Assembly (NCBI GenBank): GCA_947568605.1
Contig: CANOPV010000001.1
Coordinates: forward strand, 1 to 28,684
Direction of reading: 5' to 3'
DNA from: an uncultured Clostridium sp.
GTDB taxonomy: Bacteria > Bacillota > Clostridia > TANB77 > CAG-508
DNA: 28,684 bases
This document shows positions 6,153 through 14,314 of the stretch, in pieces (within the stretch, counting starts at the first letter, position 1; the number at the start of each line of letters is the position of its first letter). The notes beneath the pieces were generated by a model. It ran no database searches. It saw nothing but the letters and a program-made list of their open reading frames with translations, and was not told the origin of the DNA. Both the position numbers and the translations under genes were made by a program.

Positions 6153-8891
6153 ATGAATATAAAAAGAAAAATTTTACTTGCTATACCCATTTTACTGGGT
6201 ATAGTTTTAGGCTTTGCCACTTCTACTTTAGAAGTCAAAGCTGAAACTTATGCAGGACAAGCTATTTGGCCTAGCGAATATATTTCAAATGTATATTTGA
6301 AAAAAGCAAGATCCGACGGTTATGTTGCTTATAAACAAGCAAGATTTATGCGTCGTAGTGAAGATAATGCTTTTGTTTATTGTCTTCAACCATTTGTTGA
6401 TATTGATAATAACCTTATTTATAATGTTGCACGAAGTGATTATGCAACTTATCTTAATATGACACCAGAACAATGGGATAGAATTAGTTTACTTGCCTAT
6501 TATGGATATGGATATGGAAATCATAATACCCCAAAATGGTATGCTGTTACACAAGTATTGATTTGGCGTACTGCAGAGCCAACAAGTACTATTTACTTTA
6601 CTGACGGTTTAAATGGTACTAGAAATGACAATTTATTTATTGATGAAATAAATGAGATTGAAAGTTTAGTTGCTCAACACAATAAAAGGCCTAACTTTAA
6701 TTCAGAATCTATTACACTACCTTTAGGAAAAACTATTACATTAAATGATGTAAATAATGTTTTAAATGGGTATAGAGTGAAAGAACAAAGTAATGCAAGT
6801 GCAAGTATCAATGGTAATTCACTTTCAATTACTGCTACTGGTGTCGGAAATGCTACTATTAAGTTATCAAAGGAAGATTCTTTATATCCTACACCACCAG
6901 TAGTATATTTTAAGGAAGGCACTCAAAATGTATTTAGAGTTGGATCATTTGATCCTTTATATTCTACTATCAATTTAAAAGTAGTTGGTGGTCGTGTTGA
7001 AATCACAAAGAGAGATAAAGACACAGGCGAAGTAATTCCACAGGGATTAGCTTCACTTTCTAATGCCACTTATGGAATATACAATGCCGAAACAAACGAT
7101 CTTGTTGGAACAATAACAACGGATAATAATGCTTTTGCAAGAAGTGATTATCTACCTGATTTAGGTAGATTTTATTTGCAAGAAATTACACCTAGTCAAG
7201 GATATAAATTAGATACTCAAAAGTATTACTTCACAGTAGATGAAAATAATTTACTTGTTAAAGTAGATGTTTACGAAGAAGTAATCACTCGTGAATATGA
7301 AATTACAAAAGTTTATGCTTCTGATAAAACACAAATTATGACACCAGAGATTGGGGTTGAATTTGCTATCTATGATCATAATAATAATTTAGTATCAATA
7401 GAAACTACAGATAAAGACGGTAAGATTTACTTTTCACTTCCTTATGGCGATTACACATTAAGACAACTTACTTCTACAAGTGGGTTTGAAAAAATAGAAG
7501 ATTATCATTTTGAAGTTAGAGATTTAGGTCCTACTATCAATAAGGTTTTCTCAAATGCTGAAATCACATCAAGATTAAAAGTAGTTAAAGTAGATCAAGA
7601 CGGTAATAATATTACACAAGCTGGTATTAAGTTTAAAATTAAAGATTTAGCAACTGGTAAGTATGTATGTCAAACAGTATCTTATCCTACCACTACTACT
7701 TATTGTGAGTTTGAAACTGATAAGGACGGTGTTTTAATTACACCATATCCATTAAATAGTGGTAATTATCAATTAGAAGAAGTAGATCAAGTTGTTTATG
7801 GGTATGTTTGGAATTCTACACCACTTCCATTTACTATAGATGAGAAAGCTGATATTAAGAAAACTGATGAATTTGACGCCATACTTGAAATTCATTTTGA
7901 AAATCAAGAAGTTAAAGGTGTTATTGAATTAAATAAAGTTGGCGAACAAATAGTAATTGAAAATGGTACATATACTTATGAAGAAATAGAACTTCCTAAT
8001 GTAGTATTTGGTTTATATGATGAATCAGGTAATCTTATTAAAACACTTGAAACAAATGATAAAGGTTTTGTAAGATTTGAAGATTTAAAACTTGGAAAGT
8101 ATATTATAAAAGAAATTTCTACTACTGGAAATCATATTTTAGATAATGAAGAATATGAGTTTGTTCTTGAATATAAGGATCAATATACACCTATAATCAA
8201 AAAAACATTTACTCTTAAAAACTATCTAGGAAAAGGAAGTTTAGATTTTCGTAAAACTGATCTAACAAGTGGTAAGGAACTTCCTAATGTAAAAATAGAA
8301 ATATATACTTCTGACGATGAACTTATTTATAGTGGTGTTACTGATGAAAACGGTAAAATCAAAATAGAAAATCTATTTATTGGAAAATTCTATATAATTG
8401 AAACTGAAACAGTAACAGGTTATAAATTATCTGATGAGAAAGTATATTTTGAGATTTTAGAAAATGGCGAAGTTGTAAAAGCTAGTATGACTAATGAAAA
8501 ATTTAAAGGAGATTTGGAATTTACAAAGGTAGATTTATCTACTGGCGATCCACTTCCTAACACATTGATTGAAGTATATAATGCTGAAACAGAAGAACTT
8601 ATCTTTTCTGGTCGTACTGATGAAAACGGTAAAATCATCATTAAAGATTTAGAATATGGTAAGTACTACATTCTTGAAAAAGAAGCACCAGAAAATTATA
8701 TTTTGAATGAAGAAAAAATGTATTTTGAAATTTTAGAGAATGGCGAAGTTGTAAAAGCAACAATGACTAATGAAAAAGTAGAAATGCCTAAAACATTCAA
8801 TACTGATATAACTAGTGTTATTACTATTATGGGTACTGCCCTAGTAGGGTTAGGTCTTCTATTATATGCTAAAAAGAAAAATAATAAATAA
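6153..8891 (+). CDS. Thioester-domain (TED) adhesin with multiple SpaA/Cna-B isopeptide domains and a C-terminal sorting signal (MPKTF-TM-KKK)
   Basis: Signal peptide. VYCLQP (Cys77) and TQVLIW (Gln134) TED motifs. Repeated TD..G...L..G.Y...E...P.GY Cna-B units. Hydrophobic anchor followed by a Lys tail. Confidence 0.88.
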   Translation: MNIKRKILLAIPILLGIVLGFATSTLEVKAETYAGQAIWPSEYISNVYLKKARSDGYVAYKQARFMRRSEDNAFVYCLQPFVDIDNNLIYNVARSDYATYLNMTPEQWDRISLLAYYGYGYGNHNTPKWYAVTQVLIWRTAEPTSTIYFTDGLNGTRNDNLFIDEINEIESLVAQHNKRPNFNSESITLPLGKTITLNDVNNVLNGYRVKEQSNASASINGNSLSITATGVGNATIKLSKEDSLYPTPPVVYFKEGTQNVFRVGSFDPLYSTINLKVVGGRVEITKRDKDTGEVIPQGLASLSNATYGIYNAETNDLVGTITTDNNAFARSDYLPDLGRFYLQEITPSQGYKLDTQKYYFTVDENNLLVKVDVYEEVITREYEITKVYASDKTQIMTPEIGVEFAIYDHNNNLVSIETTDKDGKIYFSLPYGDYTLRQLTSTSGFEKIEDYHFEVRDLGPTINKVFSNAEITSRLKVVKVDQDGNNITQAGIKFKIKDLATGKYVCQTVSYPTTTTYCEFETDKDGVLITPYPLNSGNYQLEEVDQVVYGYVWNSTPLPFTIDEKADIKKTDEFDAILEIHFENQEVKGVIELNKVGEQIVIENGTYTYEEIELPNVVFGLYDESGNLIKTLETNDKGFVRFEDLKLGKYIIKEISTTGNHILDNEEYEFVLEYKDQYTPIIKKTFTLKNYLGKGSLDFRKTDLTSGKELPNVKIEIYTSDDELIYSGVTDENGKIKIENLFIGKFYIIETETVTGYKLSDEKVYFEILENGEVVKASMTNEKFKGDLEFTKVDLSTGDPLPNTLIEVYNAETEELIFSGRTDENGKIIIKDLEYGKYYILEKEAPENYILNEEKMYFEILENGEVVKATMTNEKVEMPKTFNTDITSVITIMGTALVGLGLLLYAKKKNNK
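8230..8780 (+). repeat. Two tandem ~92-aa Cna-B/SpaA repeats with high DNA similarity
   Basis: actgatgaaaacggtaaaatca and tattttga.attttaga.aatggcgaagttgtaaaagc..atgactaatgaaaaa each occur twice. Confidence 0.8.
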
Positions 8892-9480
8892 AATACTTGT
8901 AGTGATTGGATTGTTACTAATTATAGTGGCGATCCTTTCTACTTATTGTTTTCTACATAATAAAGAAATAGATAAACAAGAAACAGAAACTATTATCAAT
9001 GATTTGTTTCCAGATGTTCCTACACCAGAAGTAGAAATACCAGAAGAAACACCTACTATAATTGAAACACCAAAACAGGAATTTGTATTAACTGATAACT
9101 ATTTAGGATATATAGAACTTTCTGGGTATGGAATTAAAAGACTTATCACAACAGGAACATCAAAAAAAGTTTTAGATAAAAATTTAGTTGGTACTTTATC
9201 TGTATCTGCTAATTTAGATGATGAATTTGGTAATGTGATTCTAGCAGGCCATAGCACCAGTAATGTGTTTCAAAAATTACATTATATGAGAGTTGGCGAT
9301 CAAGTAAAGATTGTTACTCATCAAAATACTTACTATTTTACTATTATCAGTAAACATACAATCAATGATAATGATATGTCTTATTTCAATAGTATAAATG
9401 ACAAAAAACAATTAACACTTGTTACTTGTAAAAATAATAGTAAGCAACGACTTATTGTTATATGTGAATTAAGGGGGTAA
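8866..9480 (+). CDS. Sortase (class C/D-like)
   Basis: N-terminal TM. GNVILAGHS (His), LTLVTC (Cys), QRLIV (Arg). Overlaps the adhesin 3' end. Confidence 0.9.
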   Translation: MLKRKIINKILVVIGLLLIIVAILSTYCFLHNKEIDKQETETIINDLFPDVPTPEVEIPEETPTIIETPKQEFVLTDNYLGYIELSGYGIKRLITTGTSKKVLDKNLVGTLSVSANLDDEFGNVILAGHSTSNVFQKLHYMRVGDQVKIVTHQNTYYFTIISKHTINDNDMSYFNSINDKKQLTLVTCKNNSKQRLIVICELRG

Positions 9481-9485
9481 TTAAA

Positions 9486-9716
9486 ATTAAAAGATATAAT
9501 ACAAAGTTTATGTTTTACATAACAAAAAATCTCAAAAAAGATATAAGAAAAAGATCCAAAGAATTAGATATTTCTATGTCTGATTATATAAGGACACTAA
9601 TAAAAAAAGATTTAAAGGAATGTGAAATTGTTTCTAATACTTTGGAAAAAGATAAAAATATTTATGATGTGGATAATTTCAATAAGAAGTTATCAGGTTA
9701 CTATAGGGGGTTATAA
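9486..9716 (+). CDS. Ribbon-helix-helix (CopG-like) DNA-binding protein (ATT 9486 or ATG 9510 start)
   Basis: (KRYNTK)FMFYITKNLKKDIRKRSKELDISMSDYIRTLIKKDL shows a beta-strand plus helix-helix pattern. Confidence 0.65.
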   Translation: MKRYNTKFMFYITKNLKKDIRKRSKELDISMSDYIRTLIKKDLKECEIVSNTLEKDKNIYDVDNFNKKLSGYYRGL

Positions 9717-10379
9717 ATGAAGATATATGAAATAGATTTTAATCTTTATAGTCGTTTATTTAATGAGCGAGAAAACTCTGACTATGGTAAAATGCCTAGT
9801 TATTTAACTGGAAAATTCCTTGTAAAAAATAAAAATGGTAAAGGATATTTTGGTGTTGATAATTCCACTAATGAATGGTGGGAAGAAGAATTTAAAAACA
9901 AATTACAATGTCTTATATGGTTAGTAGATGATGAACTTACAACTGAACAAGTTATTGAGAAATATAATACTAACAAAGATGATTGTAAAGATTATAAAAA
10001 GTATCTTGTTAGTCAAGATGTTTTTTGTGAAAAAAATAATATTTATCATCGTGATTATTTTAAGTTTGATCCAAAGAAAGAATATGATTTTAAAATCAAT
10101 TTAGGTAGTGGTACAAGAGAGTTTTCTTCCACTATTGAAAATGCTTTAGGGTTAGCTTCAAATTATGAAACAGATTTATTATATAAGGATATTCTTATAT
10201 TTTCATCTTTGGGTTTTGAATGGGAAGAAAATTGTCGGCTTATAGAACAATATCTTGGAAAAAATTATGATAGACGTAACTTTAAAGAAAAAGATTTGTA
10301 CGATGACTTCGGTCTTCCATATAGGAAACCAAGCGACGGTTGTTTTAATTTCAAAGATGAAAAAACTATAAAAATGTAA
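9717..10379 (+). CDS. Hypothetical protein (220 aa)
   Basis: Long ORF with the GGGGG SD. No confident family. Confidence 0.75.
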   Translation: MKIYEIDFNLYSRLFNERENSDYGKMPSYLTGKFLVKNKNGKGYFGVDNSTNEWWEEEFKNKLQCLIWLVDDELTTEQVIEKYNTNKDDCKDYKKYLVSQDVFCEKNNIYHRDYFKFDPKKEYDFKINLGSGTREFSSTIENALGLASNYETDLLYKDILIFSSLGFEWEENCRLIEQYLGKNYDRRNFKEKDLYDDFGLPYRKPSDGCFNFKDEKTIKM

Positions 10380-10392
10380 AGGGGGTTAAAAA

Positions 10393-11295
10393 TTGATAGA
10401 ATTAGATAAAGATTTAGTAAGACGTTCTGATAATCAGAGTATGTATAATCGTGGCACTCATATTCAAGATGACGCTAATCACGAATATCAAAGATTTGTT
10501 GAATTATACGGAATCAGAGAACTAAACGAAAAACAATTAGAAATTGTAAATAAAAGAAAAGAACAATTTAAAGAGCTAATTACTGACAGTTATAATGAAT
10601 TATTAAGAGTTAATGCAAATTTTGTGCCTGTCAATGTGGCTGGTCCAGCAAAATATCCTGTTGAAAAAATGTGTAAGGTCCAAGCTAAAATAGATAACAC
10701 ACTTTATACTATTGAAGACAAGATAAAGAGATTCTATAAAAATACTGATGATATGTTAAAAAATGCTTATACAAAAGAAGAAATTATAAGTAAGTATAGA
10801 AATGGATATAATGAGCCAATTAGTAGTGACGATCCACTTGTAAAAGAAAAATTACAAGCAAAATTAGAATTTTTAGAAGAAAATCATCAATCATATTTGA
10901 ATTATAATAAGAAAGCTAGAAAAAATAATGAAGATCCACTTCCACCTTATGTATTAGCGAACTCTAATCAAAATATAAAATCAGTAAAGAATCGTTTAAA
11001 ACAGTTAGAAAAAATGGATAAACTACAAATGAATGACTACTATTTTAATAATGGCGAAGTCCGTTTTGATAAAGAAGATAATCGTGTCAAAATATTCTTT
11101 GATGAAAAACCAAGTCAAGAAGTAATAGAAGAATTAAAAAGTCACGCTTACAGGTGGTCGCCTAAAGGTTTATGTTGGCAAAGGAAACTTACACCAGACG
11201 CTATATATATGACAAAAAGAATGTTTGCTGATATAGGTAGTTTAGAAATTAAATTAGTACACGACTATACCAAAGAAAATAAAATGACAATGTAG
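10393..11295 (+). CDS. Conserved mobile-element protein with a C-terminal domain seen in DUF3560-like/polyvalent proteins
   Basis: VPVNVAGPAKYP, PISSDDPL..EKLQAKL and DNRVKIFFDEKPS.EV.EELKSHAYRWSP...WQRKLT are recognisable ICE/plasmid motifs. The family name is tentative. Confidence 0.55.
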   Translation: MIELDKDLVRRSDNQSMYNRGTHIQDDANHEYQRFVELYGIRELNEKQLEIVNKRKEQFKELITDSYNELLRVNANFVPVNVAGPAKYPVEKMCKVQAKIDNTLYTIEDKIKRFYKNTDDMLKNAYTKEEIISKYRNGYNEPISSDDPLVKEKLQAKLEFLEENHQSYLNYNKKARKNNEDPLPPYVLANSNQNIKSVKNRLKQLEKMDKLQMNDYYFNNGEVRFDKEDNRVKIFFDEKPSQEVIEELKSHAYRWSPKGLCWQRKLTPDAIYMTKRMFADIGSLEIKLVHDYTKENKMTM

Positions 11296-11306
11296 GTGGT
11301 GTTTGT

Positions 11307-12716
11307 ATGATGTTACAGTTATTAACAGTACAACACGAATCTGCAGGTTGGATAACAGACGCGATCCGTTGGGTATTTTGGATGTTGGCAAAAGGTGTAC
11401 TCATCTTACTAGACGGTATGTTTTTAATCATCAATGATATATGGAAATTCAAGTTTTTTGATAATCCGTATGTGAATAAGATATATTCGGCTGCAATCAT
11501 TGTGGCCTGTACTTGGCTAGTACTGAAAGTTATTATTGAAATTATAATGAGATATTTTGTCAATCAAGATGATAATTCTTCCCCCACTAGGGTATTTAGG
11601 GGTATCATTTTTTGTATAGTAATGATGTTTTTAATTCCACCCATATTTAATTGGGGATATGATGTATCATCTAAACTTACACAATATACAATATCAGCTT
11701 CATCTACTGCAGAAACAAGTCCTACTTCTTTTGAAGCTAGTATGTCTTCTATGATACTTACGGCTTTTGCAGATGATAGCAAAATGGACGAATCTGATAA
11801 AAAATACTTTATAGAGAACTGGTGGACGGTTGATTATAATGCTGTTATGAATGACGGCCTTTTTGATTCAGGGGAATATAAATATAGTTTTCATACTTTT
11901 TCCGTTTTCATAGTCGGTTTAGTCGTTGTTGTTCTTTTATTCTTTATAGGAATTCAAGTTGCTAAACGAGTGATAGAACTTGCTTTATATAAGGCAATCG
12001 CACCGTTTGTGTGTACGTCTTTAATATCAAATAGATCACATACATTTGAAGTATGGGCAAAAGGTGTTTTAGGTACATTCCTAGTTACTGCTGTCCAGTA
12101 CCTATGTATTGGAATATTATTTAATGTTTTTGGTACAGTTGTAAAAGGTACTTCTTATGCTATGTCTGTTATACTTATCATCATAGGTGCTTTACTCTTT
12201 ATCATATCATCGCCACAATTAGTGAGTGCTTTGTTAAATGCAAATACTGGAACAATGGCGAATATGAGTGAATTACATAGTATGGCTGCACTAGGTACAA
12301 GTATGATAGCTATGTCAAGATATGGGAAAACAGAAGATAACTCTACTAATTCAAATAATAGTAATGATAATTCTTCTTCTACACCAGACAGTAATTCAAG
12401 TGGTAATGATCCTAATATGACATCAAATTCTTCATCTTCTAATTTGGAATCTGCAAGTCAATCTTCTAATCAAGATAATTCTTCAAATTCTAATTCAGAA
12501 AGTAGTAGTCCTACTATGGATAGTGGAAGTAATGATATACCTACTTATAATGATGATATGTCTAACACCACTTCACTTGCTGATAGAATTGATACATACA
12601 AAGATATGATTGATAATAACAATTATTCATTTAATCAAGAATCTAGTACTTTATATAAAACTACTACAGATTGGGGGAATGTAAATGTATCTAATACCGA
12701 AGAACATAAGGGTTAA
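11307..12716 (+). CDS. VirB6/TrbL-like polytopic membrane protein with Ser/Asn-rich C-terminal tail
   Basis: Multiple TM helices, a KRVIELALYKAIAPFVCTS...FEVW motif, and a low-complexity tail. Confidence 0.85.
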   Translation: MMLQLLTVQHESAGWITDAIRWVFWMLAKGVLILLDGMFLIINDIWKFKFFDNPYVNKIYSAAIIVACTWLVLKVIIEIIMRYFVNQDDNSSPTRVFRGIIFCIVMMFLIPPIFNWGYDVSSKLTQYTISASSTAETSPTSFEASMSSMILTAFADDSKMDESDKKYFIENWWTVDYNAVMNDGLFDSGEYKYSFHTFSVFIVGLVVVVLLFFIGIQVAKRVIELALYKAIAPFVCTSLISNRSHTFEVWAKGVLGTFLVTAVQYLCIGILFNVFGTVVKGTSYAMSVILIIIGALLFIISSPQLVSALLNANTGTMANMSELHSMAALGTSMIAMSRYGKTEDNSTNSNNSNDNSSSTPDSNSSGNDPNMTSNSSSSNLESASQSSNQDNSSNSNSESSSPTMDSGSNDIPTYNDDMSNTTSLADRIDTYKDMIDNNNYSFNQESSTLYKTTTDWGNVNVSNTEEHKG

Positions 12717-12960
12717 AAGAGAAATATTTAAAGGATATGGAATTAAAGAGATATTACTACTTGGTCTATCTGTTCTTGTAGGTTTTATACTTGCAAAAAT
12801 TTTTGGAACAGGGCTAATTAAAATATTCTTCTTTTGCTTCTTTCCTATTCTTACATTTTTAATTACTTTGCCTATGCCAAATGGATCAGGCAATATTTTA
12901 AGTATCATAATAAAAATGATAAAGTTTAGGTCAAGTCAAAAGAAATATAAAAAATTTTAA
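12685..12960 (+). CDS. VirB3/PrgI-like small membrane protein
   Basis: MYLIPKNIRVKREIFKGYGIKEILLL followed by two TM helices. Located between virB6 and virB4. Confidence 0.8.
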   Translation: MYLIPKNIRVKREIFKGYGIKEILLLGLSVLVGFILAKIFGTGLIKIFFFCFFPILTFLITLPMPNGSGNILSIIIKMIKFRSSQKKYKKF

Positions 12961-12969
12961 TTACAAATA

Positions 12970-12999
12970 TTGACAAAGTACGACAATTTCATATATACT
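12970..12999 (+). promoter_or_regulatory. Sigma-A promoter internal to the transfer region
   Basis: TTGACA (12970-12975), 18 bp, TATACT (12994-12999). Confidence 0.65.
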
Positions 13000-13005
13000 T
13001 ATATT

Positions 13006-13088
13006 GTGAACAGGGAATAGCAATGAAGTGCCCTGTTGATGAAGTAAAGAAGTTTATCAATCTCAAGCTATATAGAGATTGTTTTTTT
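13006..13088 (+). ncRNA. Candidate ~80-nt small RNA or leader (two hairpins, T7 terminator) carrying a 24-aa mini-ORF at 13023-13097
   Basis: Stem aacaggg/ccctgtt (13009-13037) and stem caatctc/gagattg (13058-13081) plus T7, directly after the promoter. Confidence 0.4.
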
Positions 13089-13120
13089 ATGGAATAATAT
13101 ATATTATTTTTTTACATTAT

Positions 13121-13148
13121 GATTAGTTGTTATTGACTAATCTTTTTT
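13121..13148 (+). terminator. Further terminator-like hairpin before the 13168 gene
   Basis: gattagtt-gttatt-gactaatc plus T6. Confidence 0.55.
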
Positions 13149-13167
13149 ATAGATAAGGGGGTTAAAG

Positions 13168-14025
13168 ATGAATAATAAAGTAGATGATGTAATGATTACT
13201 CTATTAAAGGCAAAAGAAGATATAATGAACAAATCTAATAATGGCTTTTATAATGATATTATTACAGGTTTAGATAATATGATTGTTGATTATACAATTA
13301 AAAATAAAATGACTAACAAAGAAATTTTAGATTGTGCTATGTCTTTATATGAACATAAAGGAAAAAATAAGTTTATGGAAAAAATCAAAAATTTAAGTCC
13401 TAGTAAACTTATTCAAAGAACTAAAAATAAAATCATTGAAAATCATAAAAAAAAACAAATTAGGGAAAAATACGAAGAAGAGATTGTCCTACTCGTCAAA
13501 GACAAGTTAAAAACAATGATTGATGAAGATCGTAAGAAAACTACTACACTAGAAGAAACAAAAGAAAATAAAAAAGACTTTTTTAAAGATAAAAATATTT
13601 CTATAGTTAATAATGGTATTATTAACATAGATGACAATTTAGATATTGATAAGGATAGGCCTATTCTAGTTTTAGATAAAGAAATGGCTAAAATAATTGA
13701 TGTAAATAAAGCTGGTACATTCATTTTTCAAGATAATGATAATTATTTTGTTTATAGAAAATCAGATAATATTCACAATTCTGATATTGAAAAATCACAA
13801 CTTGTAAAATTTTCTTCTTTAGATCAAGCTATTGTTTACTCTATTGATGATAGTGTATCAGCAAAGGACATCAGAAATGACTTTGATAAATTTAAAAATA
13901 AATATGGCAATTTGGATAATTTCATTAGTGATAAAAGAAGTCTAAAAAAATCTCGTAGTAGTATCAATTATGTTGATAATAGTATCAATATGAATTTAGA
14001 AACAAAAAATTTAAGGGGGTTATAA
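13168..14025 (+). CDS. Hypothetical protein (285 aa); N-terminal ~65 aa paralogous to 14029..14295
   Basis: Shared V..TLLKAKE.I ... YN.I...LDN.IVDY.I..KM...EIL.C. Confidence 0.75.
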   Translation: MNNKVDDVMITLLKAKEDIMNKSNNGFYNDIITGLDNMIVDYTIKNKMTNKEILDCAMSLYEHKGKNKFMEKIKNLSPSKLIQRTKNKIIENHKKKQIREKYEEEIVLLVKDKLKTMIDEDRKKTTTLEETKENKKDFFKDKNISIVNNGIINIDDNLDIDKDRPILVLDKEMAKIIDVNKAGTFIFQDNDNYFVYRKSDNIHNSDIEKSQLVKFSSLDQAIVYSIDDSVSAKDIRNDFDKFKNKYGNLDNFISDKRSLKKSRSSINYVDNSINMNLETKNLRGL

Positions 14026-14028
14026 TTT

Positions 14029-14295
14029 ATGAATAAAACAAATGATGAAGTCTATATGACTTTATTAAAAGCAAAAGAAAATATTGCAAAATATACAAAA
14101 GAAAAAGTTAGAAATAAAGATTGGCAACCATACTATAATAGTATTGTTGAAGATATTGACAATATTATTGTTGATTATGCTATCACTACTAAAATGTCAT
14201 CAGATGAAATTTTAAGTTGTCTATTTGAAATGGGTGCTGATGATAAGAATAGTATTTTCCACGATGATTACAATAATATCAAAATGAATTTATAA
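14029..14295 (+). CDS. Hypothetical protein (88 aa), stand-alone paralog of the preceding N-terminal domain
   Basis: Direct visual alignment with 13168..14025. GGGGG SD upstream. Confidence 0.75.
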   Translation: MNKTNDEVYMTLLKAKENIAKYTKEKVRNKDWQPYYNSIVEDIDNIIVDYAITTKMSSDEILSCLFEMGADDKNSIFHDDYNNIKMNL

Positions 14296-14314
14296 AAAAT
14301 AAGGGGGTTATAAT

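Noticed and set aside
8230-8780. Adhesin repeat pair as a DGR template/variable repeat
   Set aside because: There is no reverse transcriptase, and the differences are not adenine-specific. These are ordinary tandem Cna-B domains.
13031-13060. Hammerhead ribozyme core
   Set aside because: ctgttgatga is not CUGAUGA, and the GAAA and stem arrangement is absent.
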